From assembly GCA_963720265.1 (NCBI GenBank), contig CAVRET010000002.1, forward strand, positions 200,704 through 264,703: a DNA stretch of 64,000 nt, read 5' to 3'. The DNA comes from an uncultured bacterium (GTDB lineage Bacteria; Patescibacteriota; Saccharimonadia; UBA4664). The notes under the pieces were generated by a model, which saw nothing but the letters and a program-made list of their open reading frames with translations, was not told the DNA's origin and made no database searches. A program made the position numbers and the translations under genes. Positions 21,377 to 31,203 of the stretch are shown here, in pieces; position 1 is the first letter of the stretch; every line of letters begins with the position of its first letter.

Positions 21377-23386
21377 TCAAACCTCGTTAATCACCGGTAA
21401 AATCATTGGGTTGCGCTTGGTTTTGGCGTATAGCAGATCACCGACCTCATCGCGCAAACGCAGCTTAAACTTCGTCCAGTCAGTCTGCTCTTTCGGGTTA
21501 CGCTTCTCAAACGCCTTACGCACCTCAGCCCGCGCCCGATTTACCAGGTCCTCATTTTCCTTCATGTAGATGAAGCCGCGCGAGATAATATCCGGGCTCG
21601 ATACCAGCCGGCCTGTTTTGCGGCTGACGGTTGCCACAATCATGAGCACACCGTCGGCACCTAGTGCCAGCCGGTCGCGCAGCACCACGCCTTCCACATC
21701 ACCCACGCCGGCGCCGTCAACCATCACCAAACCAGCTGGAATACGCTCGCCTTTGCGTGCAGAAGTTGGCGTCAGCTCCAAGCAGTCGCCGTTGTCCATG
21801 ACAAAGACGTTTGAACGTGGCACGCCGTTCTCTACCGCCGCTTCCGCGCCATACACCATGTGATGGAACTCGCCGTGAATCGGCACATAGTACTTCGGCC
21901 GCACCAGCTTCACCAGGTCACCGACGTCGTCCTTAAAACCATGACCACCGACGTGAACCGGTCCGTGCTGACGCAGCCCTTCGGTCGAACGGGCAAAAAT
22001 CTGCGCACCCTCGCGCATCAGGTTATCCTGCAGGTCAACCACCGCCTTTTCATTACCAGGAATCACACTCGAGCTGAAGATTACGGTGTCACCCGGCTTA
22101 ATCTTCACATTTTGGTGGTCGCCGGTACTCATACGCACCAGAGCCGAATTCTCCTCACCCTGCGAGCCGGTACACAAGATCGTAATCTGGTTATCCGGCA
22201 AATTCACGATATCCTGGACACGCATAAGCAGTCCCGGTGGCACTCTAATGTAGCCCAACTTCACACAAATCTCCACGTTGGTAAGCGTTGAGCGGCCCAC
22301 CAGAGCGAGTTTGCGCCCCGACTTGTATGCAGCATCAATAATCAGCTGAACACGCGTGATAGAGCTCGAGAACGTCGAGATGATGATGCGGTTCTTGGCC
22401 CGTCCAAACAAGTCATCAATTGTCGGCGTCACCGCTCGCTCGCTCACGGTCCGGCCCGGATGGTCACAGCTCGTACTGTCGCTCAGTAGCAGCAGCACTC
22501 CCTCATCGCCCAACTCCTTGAACCGCGCAAAGTCCATGGGCTTCTTATCGAGCGGAGTCGGGTCCGGCCGCCAGTCGCCGGTGTTAATGATCGTGCCGGC
22601 CGGCGTCTTAAGGACTGCCGCGGTCGAATCCGCGATGGTGTGCGTCACCCGCACCAGTTCAAGATTAAAGTTTTGGCCGATCTGCACCCGCTCATGCTTA
22701 TCCGGATCCATCACCACCCAGCGCGGCGTCTGCACCTTAAACTCGCTAATCTGTTTCTCCACGAACGCCAGGCTTAAGCGCGAACCATACACCGGCACTG
22801 GAAACTTTGGGATAATGTAGCCCGATGCGCCCACGTGATCCATGTGGCCGTGCGTAATAACAATAGCTCGCACTTTATGCTTATTACGCTCTAGGTAGGT
22901 TGTGTCAGGGATAATGTAATCCACACCAGGCTGGTTGGCAGTTGGAAAAGCAAAGCCCATATCGATAATGACAATGTCGTTTCCAGACTCAATCGCCATC
23001 ATGTTCTTACCAATCTCACCCAAACCACCGAGCGGCATCACCTTTACCATTGCCTCGCGGGCGGTATAATTGGCCCGGCGCTGCTGGCTGGGCTGCTTTG
23101 ATTGTTGAACGCCGTCTGTACCATTAAAAATGCTCTTATTCACCGGCATCGCGTCAAGTGCCGGCACCAAATCGGTGTGGCTTGGCTGTTGTTGCATGCG
23201 CCGCCGTCCGCCGCCGCGGCCGCTGCCGCCGCCGGACGACTTGGCCGCTGGTTTCACTACTGGCTTGGCTGTCGGCTTATTACTCGACGCAGGTGCCCCA
23301 GTGCGCGGTCGCGCCGGCTGGGATTTAGGGGTTGGTTTATTTACGTTGTTATTTGGTTGCATGTAATCCTTTCTCTTAGGCTGCAA
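21377..23386 (-). CDS. rnj: Ribonuclease J with an N-terminal Lys/Pro/Ala-rich low-complexity extension.
   Basis: Metallo-beta-lactamase HxHxDH (ITHGHMDH), a beta-CASP domain, and an RNase J C-terminal domain. Confidence 0.92.
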   Translation of the reverse strand: MQPKRKDYMQPNNNVNKPTPKSQPARPRTGAPASSNKPTAKPVVKPAAKSSGGGSGRGGGRRRMQQQPSHTDLVPALDAMPVNKSIFNGTDGVQQSKQPSQQRRANYTAREAMVKVMPLGGLGEIGKNMMAIESGNDIVIIDMGFAFPTANQPGVDYIIPDTTYLERNKHKVRAIVITHGHMDHVGASGYIIPKFPVPVYGSRLSLAFVEKQISEFKVQTPRWVVMDPDKHERVQIGQNFNLELVRVTHTIADSTAAVLKTPAGTIINTGDWRPDPTPLDKKPMDFARFKELGDEGVLLLLSDSTSCDHPGRTVSERAVTPTIDDLFGRAKNRIIISTFSSSITRVQLIIDAAYKSGRKLALVGRSTLTNVEICVKLGYIRVPPGLLMRVQDIVNLPDNQITILCTGSQGEENSALVRMSTGDHQNVKIKPGDTVIFSSSVIPGNEKAVVDLQDNLMREGAQIFARSTEGLRQHGPVHVGGHGFKDDVGDLVKLVRPKYYVPIHGEFHHMVYGAEAAVENGVPRSNVFVMDNGDCLELTPTSARKGERIPAGLVMVDGAGVGDVEGVVLRDRLALGADGVLMIVATVSRKTGRLVSSPDIISRGFIYMKENEDLVNRARAEVRKAFEKRNPKEQTDWTKFKLRLRDEVGDLLYAKTKRNPMILPVINEV

Positions 23387-23404
23387 GTAGCAGCAAATTT
23401 ACAT

Positions 23405-24016
23405 TTAAATTTTTTGCAAAATCACCGGTATACGCGCGAAATCAGTCATTAACGTCTCGCGCATACCGCCGTTGTACAAAGCCGCCGCCGGGTGAAACAG
23501 TGGCAGATACACCTGTCCGCCCTTGCGCACCGGCCGGCCGTGGGCCTGGCTAATCTTAAGCTCAGGTAGAAACACGTTCATCGCGTGCCGTCCCAGAAAC
23601 ACCACCAATTTGGGCTGTATTACGGCCAACTGCTGTTCCAGATAAGGCCGAAAAGCTTCTACTTCCCCTGGGCTGGGATCACGATTATCCGGCGGCCGAT
23701 ATTTTACGACATTCGTGATGTAAACGTCATTCCGAGCCATACCTATGCTTGAGAGCATTTCGTTCAGGAATTCCCCGGCCGCACCCACAAACGGCTCACC
23801 CTGCTTGTCCTCATTTGCGCCCGGCGCCTCGCCGATAAACATCACGTCCGCATCCGGGTCACCAACGCCAAACACGAGTTGTGTCGCCCCGGCCTTAAGG
23901 TCTAGCGTCACACTGTCGGCGTCGATCGCCTGCGCAATCTCGGCCAATGCCGCTGCTTTATCAGTTGTCTGTTTGTCCATACACCCTCTGACAATAGGAA
24001 CTTGGGTGGTACGCAT
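23405..24016 (-). CDS. Family-4-like uracil-DNA glycosylase lacking the [4Fe-4S] cysteines (the likely start is MDKQTT...).
   Basis: Motif [23 protein letters not shown]; motif B HPAAALY. Confidence 0.6.
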   Translation of the reverse strand: MRTTQVPIVRGCMDKQTTDKAAALAEIAQAIDADSVTLDLKAGATQLVFGVGDPDADVMFIGEAPGANEDKQGEPFVGAAGEFLNEMLSSIGMARNDVYITNVVKYRPPDNRDPSPGEVEAFRPYLEQQLAVIQPKLVVFLGRHAMNVFLPELKISQAHGRPVRKGGQVYLPLFHPAAALYNGGMRETLMTDFARIPVILQKI

Positions 24017-24071
24017 TGCCGCGACCCTTCGGACGACCGCATATTGTGCGGACGCCCTCGTGACGTAGCAA

Positions 24072-26216
24072 TTATTCTTTCTTTGCAGCAGCCTTCATGC
24101 TCAAATTCAGTCGGCCCTGGCCGTCAATCTCCAGCAATCTCACCTGGACCTTGTCACCCAATTTTACCACGTCGCTGACTTTCTCGACGCGCTTATCCGA
24201 AAGCTGCGAGATGTGCACAAGGCCGTCTTTGCCTGGCAAGATGTTCACAAACGCGCCAAATTCCATCAGCTTCACCACCGTACCCGTATACACGCGGCCC
24301 ACTTCCGGGTCTTCGGTCAGGCCGCGAATGATCTCAATCGCCCGTTCCGCCGCCTCGGCATCGGTTGAGCTAATCATTACAAGACCCGAATCTTCGATAT
24401 CAATCTCCACACCGGTCTCAGCTATAATCTTGTTAATCGTCTCACCGCCCTTACCGATCACGGTCGCAATCTTTTCCGGGTTAATCATGAGCTTGGAAAT
24501 GCGCGGCGCGTACGGGCTCATCTCAGCTCGCGGCTTATCAATCACTGAGAGCATTTTCGACATAATATGCGAGCGCCCCTCGTGCGCTTGCGCCAACGCC
24601 GCCTTCATAATCTCAGGCGTAATACCCTTCACCTTAATGTCCATCTGCAGCGCGGTAATGCCGTCTTCAGTCCCGGCCACCTTAAAGTCCATGTCGCCGG
24701 CAAAGTCCTCGGCACCTTGGATATCGCTCAAAATAACGTAATGCTTCGCGTCATCATGATCGGTAACGAGACCCATCGCAATACCGGCCACCGGCTTAAG
24801 GATCGGCACGCCGGCATCCATCAGGCTCAACGTCGAGCCGCACACGCTCGCCATACTCGACGAGCCGTTCTGGCTCAGCACCTCGCTCACGGTCCGAATG
24901 GTATACGGGAAGTCCTCCACCGCCGGAATCACCGGCAGCAGTGCCCGCTCAGCCAGGGCGCCGTGCCCAATCTCGCGCCGCCCAGGGCTGCGCATCGGCT
25001 TCACCTCGCCGCTCGAGTACCCCGGCGCGTTGTAGTGGTGCATGTAGCGCTTGGTGGTGTCCTCTTCCATCGTGTCGATGAGTTGCGCATAGCTGGTCGA
25101 CGCCAGTGTGGTCACGTTCAATACCTGCGTGGTGCCGCGCGTAAACAGCCCCGAGCCATGCGCTCGCGGCAACACGCCCACCTGCATGCTGAGCGGCCGA
25201 ATCTCGGTGGTTTTACGCCCATCCGGCCGGGCGCCGTCTTCCAAGATCGCGCGGCGAATCTCGCGGTCGATCACCTTACCAAACGCCACCTCAATATCAG
25301 CCAGTTCGTAGTCGTTCTCAAACTGTGCCACTGTCTCTTTCTCAAGGTTGCGCAATGCATCATGCCGCTGGTAGTGGTCCTGGTGCCGAATCGCCGGCCC
25401 CAGCTTATCCGCCAGAAAGTCGCCGATAGCGGCCATCAAATCCTCGTCAGCCTTAAACAGCTCGTACGGCTTCTCCTTAGCCCCCAAGGCCTTCACCATC
25501 TCTTCCTGCAGTTTAATGAGTGGCTGGATGCTCTTGTGCGCCAACTCAATAGCCTTAATCATTGTGGCTTCATCTACCTCATTGGCGCCGGCTTCCACCA
25601 TCATAATGGCGTCTTTCGTACCCGCCACGATCAGCTCAAGTTTCGACTCCTTCATCTGCTCTTCGGTCGGAAACGCCACCAGCTCACCGTTGATCAGGCC
25701 GATCTTCACGCCCGCCACCGGCCCCTCAAACGGAGCCCCGCTCAGCATCAGTGCCGCACTCACCGCCGTCATGGCAATGATATTGGGCGCATACTCAAGA
25801 TCCGCGCTAATCACCATCGCCACCGACTGCACATCATGCCGGTAGCCCTTAGGAAATAGCGGCCGGATCGGCCGGTCAATCAGCCTAGCACTCAAGGTCG
25901 CGTGCTCACTCGCCCGGCCTTCGCGCTTAATAAACCGCGAGCCGGAGATCTTACCCGCCGCGTAAAACCGCTCTTCGTAATCAATCAAGAGCGGGAAAAA
26001 ATCGATCCCGTCGCGCGGCTGGTTGCTCACCACAGCCGTACCAAGCACCATCGTGTCGCCGTACCGCACCGTTACCGCGCCGTCAGCCAAAAAGGCCATC
26101 CTGCCGGTCTCAATGGTCAGCTCACGACCACAAAACTCAGTGGTAAATTGCTGAGTCTTCCCCCCAAACGGGTGAATAATATCTTGTTGCATTACTGTCC
26201 TTCTCGGTTGTGGCAA
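24072..26216 (-). CDS. pnp: Polyribonucleotide nucleotidyltransferase (PNPase).
   Basis: Two RNase PH domains plus KH and S1 domains; 714 aa. Confidence 0.95.
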   Translation of the reverse strand: MPQPRRTVMQQDIIHPFGGKTQQFTTEFCGRELTIETGRMAFLADGAVTVRYGDTMVLGTAVVSNQPRDGIDFFPLLIDYEERFYAAGKISGSRFIKREGRASEHATLSARLIDRPIRPLFPKGYRHDVQSVAMVISADLEYAPNIIAMTAVSAALMLSGAPFEGPVAGVKIGLINGELVAFPTEEQMKESKLELIVAGTKDAIMMVEAGANEVDEATMIKAIELAHKSIQPLIKLQEEMVKALGAKEKPYELFKADEDLMAAIGDFLADKLGPAIRHQDHYQRHDALRNLEKETVAQFENDYELADIEVAFGKVIDREIRRAILEDGARPDGRKTTEIRPLSMQVGVLPRAHGSGLFTRGTTQVLNVTTLASTSYAQLIDTMEEDTTKRYMHHYNAPGYSSGEVKPMRSPGRREIGHGALAERALLPVIPAVEDFPYTIRTVSEVLSQNGSSSMASVCGSTLSLMDAGVPILKPVAGIAMGLVTDHDDAKHYVILSDIQGAEDFAGDMDFKVAGTEDGITALQMDIKVKGITPEIMKAALAQAHEGRSHIMSKMLSVIDKPRAEMSPYAPRISKLMINPEKIATVIGKGGETINKIIAETGVEIDIEDSGLVMISSTDAEAAERAIEIIRGLTEDPEVGRVYTGTVVKLMEFGAFVNILPGKDGLVHISQLSDKRVEKVSDVVKLGDKVQVRLLEIDGQGRLNLSMKAAAKKE

Positions 26217-26383
26217 ATACGTGCCAGGGACAAGGGATCAATAAAATTCATCCCAAAGCTCTAACACATATCACGCATCGCCACCTCAGTTGCTAAACCT
26301 GGATGTGCTTCGGGCGTATTATACTATGCCCGTTCCAAAACCCCAAGCCGCCAATACGGCTTCGAATCTTGATTCGGGCCCGG

Positions 26384-26411
26384 CCCTGGTCGCTGCCACA
26401 CGCGACCAGGG
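26384..26411 (-). terminator. 10-bp perfect hairpin (CCCTGGTCGC / GCGACCAGGG) just after the stop of the 26419..27069 gene.
   Basis: The stem-loop can be read directly. Confidence 0.4.
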
Positions 26412-26418
26412 CCGAACT

Positions 26419-27069
26419 CTACTTCGCGGCAGTGGCAGGCGCCCGCAGCGCCATGCCCAGCTGGGCGAGGGCCGACTTGATGTAGTCGACCCGCTTCCCG
26501 CGGCCAAAGGCCGGATTGTCTCGCAGCGTGCTCTCGGGAGTTGCTGCCAGATCATCCAGGGTCAGGATGCGCATGGCGTAAAGCACATCGACAACCGCTT
26601 TAAGCTCGTCGTCTCCGGGAATGTCGTCCCCGTTACGGCTCGCTCGTTGTTCGCGTAGGTCACGCAGAACGCCGACAAGCAATACAATTGGGACCTGGCC
26701 ACGATCAGACGGGGCAGCGTTTCGCCGGGTCAAGTCAGCGACCTGGATCAACACTTCCCAGCCGAGCATCCGCAGGGCTCGTTCCTGCAGCCCACGAATG
26801 TTTGCTGTTCGCGTCCTGAGCGATTCAGCCAGTTCCGATGGAGCCACCAGCATGCCACCGTTAAGGCCGAACCGCCCGATCAGCACGGTCCTGAGGGCGG
26901 GCTCTGGTAGCAGACCAAGCAGCCTGTTTAGGCCGTACAGGTCCAGGCCATAGAATTGCTGCAGGGTGTTGACGGAGATCGTGTGCTTACCCGTCCGCCC
27001 CAACTCGCTGTTGAGCGCATTGAGCAGGTCCAAAGTACAACTTCGCTGGTATCGTTGCACGGGCCACAT
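26419..27069 (-). CDS. Putative regulator that combines a sigma-70 region-4-like HTH with an RNAP alpha-subunit C-terminal-domain-like helix-hairpin-helix (start at the Met preceded by GGAGG).
   Basis: LPEPALRTVLIGRFGLNGGMLVAPSELAESLRTRTANIRGLQERALRMLG resembles sigma region 4.2. The C-terminal LTLDDLAATPESTLRDNPAFGRGKRVDYIKSALAQLG resembles the alpha-CTD. The internal ATG at 27069 has a GGAGG SD with a 5-nt spacer. Confidence 0.5.
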   Translation of the reverse strand: MWPVQRYQRSCTLDLLNALNSELGRTGKHTISVNTLQQFYGLDLYGLNRLLGLLPEPALRTVLIGRFGLNGGMLVAPSELAESLRTRTANIRGLQERALRMLGWEVLIQVADLTRRNAAPSDRGQVPIVLLVGVLRDLREQRASRNGDDIPGDDELKAVVDVLYAMRILTLDDLAATPESTLRDNPAFGRGKRVDYIKSALAQLGMALRAPATAAK

Positions 27070-27186
27070 ACTCGCCTCCAGGCGGTGCTTGATAGGTACG
27101 TTTCCGTTGCTGTCCGGGCTCATCCTACGACAAGCACGGGCAGCAATGAAACATGGTGGCCATTAATGACGAGCCGCTAAGCGAAC

Positions 27187-27453
27187 TTAGCGCCGCAAAT
27201 CGAGCTTCTTCAACACTTCCTGATACTTATCAGGATTGTGACGGCTCAAATAATCGAGCAACGATCGGCGCTTGCCCACCATCTTCAAGAGTCCGCGGCG
27301 CGAATGCTCATCTTTCTTGTGTTCCTGCAAATGCTTGGTTAGCTGCTTAATTTGCTCGGTAAAGATGCCAATCTGGACCTCCGGCGAACCGGTGTCCTTC
27401 TTGTGGCCCTGCAGGCCGGCAATAACCTTCGATTTGGTATCAGGCTTCAACAT
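27187..27453 (-). CDS. rpsO: 30S ribosomal protein S15.
   Basis: Typical S15 sequence ([14 protein letters not shown]...[23 protein letters not shown]). Confidence 0.92.
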   Translation of the reverse strand: MLKPDTKSKVIAGLQGHKKDTGSPEVQIGIFTEQIKQLTKHLQEHKKDEHSRRGLLKMVGKRRSLLDYLSRHNPDKYQEVLKKLDLRR

Positions 27454-27459
27454 AACTTG

Positions 27460-27491
27460 AGTATATTATCACTTTTCGGGCGCTCTGGCAA
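27460..27491 (-). promoter_or_regulatory. Putative rpsO promoter: TTGCCA, a 17-nt spacer, TAATAT, then the ATG 9 nt downstream, giving an almost leaderless transcript.
   Basis: The hexamers were read on the minus strand. Confidence 0.45.
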
Positions 27492-28253
27492 GGCCTAAAT
27501 CTGAAAATGCTTGGCTCCGGCCCTGAACCATCGAACAACATGTTCAATACCTCAGGGCCGGGCGCCCCTCCGAGCGCGACGACATTGTCGCGAATCGGAA
27601 GGACGCAGATGAAAAAGCGGGTAGGCCGGATCGGGCCGGCTAATTCCACGTGTAGTAGAAGACGGCATCCATGCCGTCACCTCCTTCCGGAAACCGGAAT
27701 CGATTAGCTAATGACTATCTGCTGGATGTCCCAGTGAGCACGCCGCTGCGTCCAAAGCTGGGATCAGTGGGCCGGTGCGGAGGTACCCAAGCGCCGTCAG
27801 GCAGCAGCTCGCCGGTGTCTTCGAACTGCACGATCCCGTTACATAGCAGGCTCCAACCCTGCTCGGGGTGGCTCACGACCGTGTGCGCGGCCTCCCGGTC
27901 GGGAGCACTGGCCTCCGGGCATGGTGGTGAGTGTGGGCACATAGGAAGAATCTCCTTTTGTGGGTTTGGGCAGAAATCGGATTTCTGCGATTGCCGCTGC
28001 TTGCGGAAGAACTGCCCGCTTACTTCTCAACTTACAGAGACATACCATGTCGCATTCAGCCTGCACTCAGGTTATGAGCACGTGCGAATACGAAGCGGTC
28101 GTCTCACGGCTAATATCATCTCGAGGTCGCATCCTCGCGCTAACATCAATCGTGAGCCGGCCGGGACTTAAGAAGTAAGGTACATCTCAGTTATAAACCT
28201 GTCATACCAATTTAACAATGGCTTGACAATAATATATTGTGCATCTTTTATAC

Positions 28254-28922
28254 TTAAATGTCAACGAGACAAGTTGACACCAGCTCGCGAGTAGCTTCAT
28301 CAAGCACTAATGCGTCAATCAACCGGTACTGTCCAACCTGGGCCCGTACGAGCCCGCCCAGATATGCACCAGTACCAAGTAACCGGCCCAGATCCTCGGC
28401 CAATGTGCGAATATAAGTGCCGCTCGACACGTGAGCCTCCAGCTCCACCACCGGATATTCGTAACGCACAAGCCGGTTTTCATACACCTGTACGAGCCGC
28501 GCCGGCATCGCAACGGTCTCTCCGGCCCGCACGCGCTTATACGCCTCGCGTCCATCAATTTTGATGGCCGAATACGCCGGCGGGACTTGCTCAAGTTCAC
28601 CGGTAAGTGCGGCCAGTGCAGACTCGACCTCAGGCTGCCCCGGCACTCGGTCGCTCACTAGCGTAAGCTCCCCCTCGGCATCGGCCGTCGGGCTGGTAGC
28701 GCCTAGCCGCACCTCGGCAAGATAGCGTTTATCCAACTTGGTCAGCGTCTGAGCCTGCCTACAAGCCGTGCCAAACAACAGCAGCATGAGTCCGCTCGCC
28801 AAAGGATCAAGCGTACCAGCGTGACCAATCTTGCGCACACCCGTGACGCGCCGCAGCCTCCGAATAACGTCAAACGACGTCACGCCAACCGGTTTATCGA
28901 TCAGTAGTAAACCGTTCATCAT
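28254..28922 (-). CDS. truB: tRNA pseudouridine-55 synthase TruB.
   Basis: GVLLIDKP-type start and the catalytic Asp motif GHAGTLDPLASG. Confidence 0.9.
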   Translation of the reverse strand: MMNGLLLIDKPVGVTSFDVIRRLRRVTGVRKIGHAGTLDPLASGLMLLLFGTACRQAQTLTKLDKRYLAEVRLGATSPTADAEGELTLVSDRVPGQPEVESALAALTGELEQVPPAYSAIKIDGREAYKRVRAGETVAMPARLVQVYENRLVRYEYPVVELEAHVSSGTYIRTLAEDLGRLLGTGAYLGGLVRAQVGQYRLIDALVLDEATRELVSTCLVDI

Positions 28923-28934
28923 TGTGATAATACC

Positions 28935-30077
28935 TTAAGCCGAAGAACTTTGGTCCGGCTCAACACTCGGCTGCTGGGCCAACAGCTCAGCCGCGGCTGC
29001 AAAGTCGGCCATAGCCGGCCGAGGCGTCTCCAGTTCGGACTGAGGCTGGTTCGCCGGCTGTGCCTCGTCGACCGACTCGCTTATCTCAATGTGGCCGGGG
29101 TCAATAATCGGCAGTTCCCGTAGCGCCTGGGCCTCAGGCTGAACGTTCGGCTGCGGATGGGGCTTAGGCTGTTGTGGTTGAGCTGCAGGAGCCGTAGCTA
29201 TACCTGGCCGCGCCTCAGCGCGCGGCTCCTGGCGTTGCTGTTCCGGCCGCTGGCCGCCACGATTGCGGTCGCCGCCGGGCCGCTCATTGCTGCGATCACC
29301 ACGCTCCCCTCGGTTATCACGTTCGCGGTACAGCGCCTTTACCACTGCCGGCTGCCGGCCGCCAGCTGCCATCATTTGCGCCGCCACGGTCAAGCTCTTT
29401 GAAGTCGTATGTGCAGCCGTGAAGCGGTCGGTCGCCGCCATGATCCCCATCAGCAGAATCGTTCCAATCTCGGCATCAATTAGCCCGCTTTGCAGGCTCT
29501 CGCTGGTCGCCACCAACATTTCGCATAGGCTCGAAGCATTGCCGTCAATCAAGTTAATTGCGCCGTAACCCTCATTCGAACGATGAAAGTCCAGGTTCAC
29601 CAGCGGAATCCGGTCAAACAAATCCGTATTTTGCTCATAAATGCGATCAATCCGCGCCCGCGTGGGCACGCCCAGAACAATCGCCAGATCATATTCAAAG
29701 CTCGGGGCACCGTAGTCGAACGTCACATCACTCGGCGCAAAGCTCCCTTTTGCCGGGCTAATCAAAATATTGAGCTTGCCGTCGCCCAGTTCGGTCCGCA
29801 GCTTATCCACCTCAGCCTTAGTCACATCCAGTTTGAGAATAAAGTCGCGTAGGCCACCGAGCTGACGTTCTACCGCCGCGCCCTCCAGACCCGCCACCGA
29901 AGCCGGCAGCCCGTCACTAATTACGGCACTCACACGCTTACCAAATTTGCGCAAAATTGCCGCCAATCCAACCACGGCTGCAGCCTGGTCCACACTCGGA
30001 TGCGAGCCGGTTATCAGCAGGATCGTCTCCGCCTGCCGAATCGCCTCAGACGCCTGCTGTTTCGGAGTCAATTCCAT
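28935..30077 (-). CDS. DHH-family phosphoesterase (NrnA-like) with degenerate DHH motifs and an Arg/Pro/Gln-rich C-terminal tail.
   Basis: DHH/DHHA1 architecture with DFH in place of DHH; its position next to truB is conserved in many bacteria. Confidence 0.6.
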   Translation of the reverse strand: MELTPKQQASEAIRQAETILLITGSHPSVDQAAAVVGLAAILRKFGKRVSAVISDGLPASVAGLEGAAVERQLGGLRDFILKLDVTKAEVDKLRTELGDGKLNILISPAKGSFAPSDVTFDYGAPSFEYDLAIVLGVPTRARIDRIYEQNTDLFDRIPLVNLDFHRSNEGYGAINLIDGNASSLCEMLVATSESLQSGLIDAEIGTILLMGIMAATDRFTAAHTTSKSLTVAAQMMAAGGRQPAVVKALYRERDNRGERGDRSNERPGGDRNRGGQRPEQQRQEPRAEARPGIATAPAAQPQQPKPHPQPNVQPEAQALRELPIIDPGHIEISESVDEAQPANQPQSELETPRPAMADFAAAAELLAQQPSVEPDQSSSA

Positions 30078-30145
30078 AGTTCGTATAATCTACCTCATTT
30101 TATCAGTTTTGTCAATAGTAATGCTTATGCTACCATAGGATAATC

Positions 30146-30631
30146 ATGGAGAGGACTCCAGCCACCGGCGTTACCGTCACGTTCACTGCCGTGCACAACG
30201 GCCGATTCCTTTTTGTGCAGCGTCTAGCAGGTGATCCCATTCTCGGTGGCTATTGGTGTTTCCCCGGCGGCAAGCTTGAGGTTGGTGAAACCGTTGCCGC
30301 TGCCATCGAGCGTGAATGCCTGGAAGAGACCGCACTTGCCCTCACCGGCCGCGCCTTTTTCGTTGATTCATATCTGCTCGGCAAACGCCTCGGTCTACAC
30401 TTTGCTGTAGAAGCCACCTCCGACCAGATCAAGCTTGATGAGCTCCAAGATTACGCTTGGGTCAGTTCTGTGACCGACCTCGCCCGCTTTAACCCGCGCA
30501 TTCCCGGAATCGACACCCATCTGCACTACATCATTGACCATCTGGATCGCTTCGAGAACATTGACCGTGATCTAGCCTGGTCCAATCTTGAGCAATTCGA
30601 TCTCGTGGAGCACCGGTTCCTCAACCGCTAG
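30146..30631 (+). CDS. NUDIX hydrolase.
   Basis: Nudix box GGKLEVGETVAAAIERECLEETA. Confidence 0.75.
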   Translation: MERTPATGVTVTFTAVHNGRFLFVQRLAGDPILGGYWCFPGGKLEVGETVAAAIERECLEETALALTGRAFFVDSYLLGKRLGLHFAVEATSDQIKLDELQDYAWVSSVTDLARFNPRIPGIDTHLHYIIDHLDRFENIDRDLAWSNLEQFDLVEHRFLNR

Positions 30632-30706
30632 GGCCTCCACGCGCTAGGCATTTACAAACGCCCCTGGATCAGGTATAGTCCACTGGTATTTTAGGAACCG
30701 CAGGCA

Positions 30707-31195
30707 ATGCCCATCATTAAATCGGCCGTTAAGCGCGCCAAACAGTCCCTCGTCCGCCGCAGCCATAATCTGCAAGTTAAGCGCGCCGTAAAGGCTGACG
30801 TCACTGCCCTTCACACCGCACTCGCTAGCGGTGATGCAGCTGAAATCCAGGCTAAATTATCGGCCGCCTACTCCGAAATTGACCGCGCGGTCGGAAAGCA
30901 CACGTTGCACAAAAACACCGCTGCCCGCCGCAAGAGCCAGCTCGCTCACGCCGTTGCCAAAGCTTCTGGCTCCGAAGCCGTACCGGCCGCTGCCAAAACC
31001 ACCAAGGGCGCCGGCAAAAAGGCTACGGCTGCCAAGACGGGAACGAGGAAGTCCACGGCTAAATCTACTACCGCAACCAAAAACACCGCGGCTAAGAAAC
31101 CAGCTGCCAAAAAACCTGCTACTCCCAAAAAGCCGGCTGCGACCAAAGCCGCCAAGACCGCTCCGAAAGCATCTGATTCCAAAACCGAAAAATAG
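30707..31195 (+). CDS. rpsT: 30S ribosomal protein S20 with a C-terminal Lys/Ala/Thr-rich (histone-H1-like) extension of about 75 aa.
   Basis: N-terminal MPIIKSAVKRAKQSLVRRSHN... is typical S20; the tail contains AKKPAAKKPATPKKPAA repeats. Confidence 0.8.
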   Translation: MPIIKSAVKRAKQSLVRRSHNLQVKRAVKADVTALHTALASGDAAEIQAKLSAAYSEIDRAVGKHTLHKNTAARRKSQLAHAVAKASGSEAVPAAAKTTKGAGKKATAAKTGTRKSTAKSTTATKNTAAKKPAAKKPATPKKPAATKAAKTAPKASDSKTEK

Positions 31196-31203
31196 CCTTA
31201 CCC

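Noticed and set aside
24567-25859. 430-aa + strand ORF, together with other long antisense ORFs (441-1226, 36890-38080, 38396-39280, 49672-50361).
   Set aside because: They are Arg/His/Leu-rich mirror ORFs lying entirely antisense to strongly supported genes (pnp, pilT, polA, dnaG); this is the typical GC-rich antisense artefact.
27640-27700. A possible SRP (4.5S) RNA, suggested by CCGGAAGGAGGUGACGGC resembling the domain-IV CCGGAAGGAAGCAGC.
   Set aside because: The similarity is limited to about 10 nt and the pairing partner strand and GNRA-flanked symmetric loop are absent. More likely it is an SD plus sORF plus hairpin.
27671-28171. 166-aa + strand ORF in the truB-rpsO gap.
   Set aside because: It is Cys/Ser/Gly-rich with non-protein-like composition, has no RBS or promoter context, and the other ORFs in the gap are equally unconvincing. 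It is treated as non-coding.
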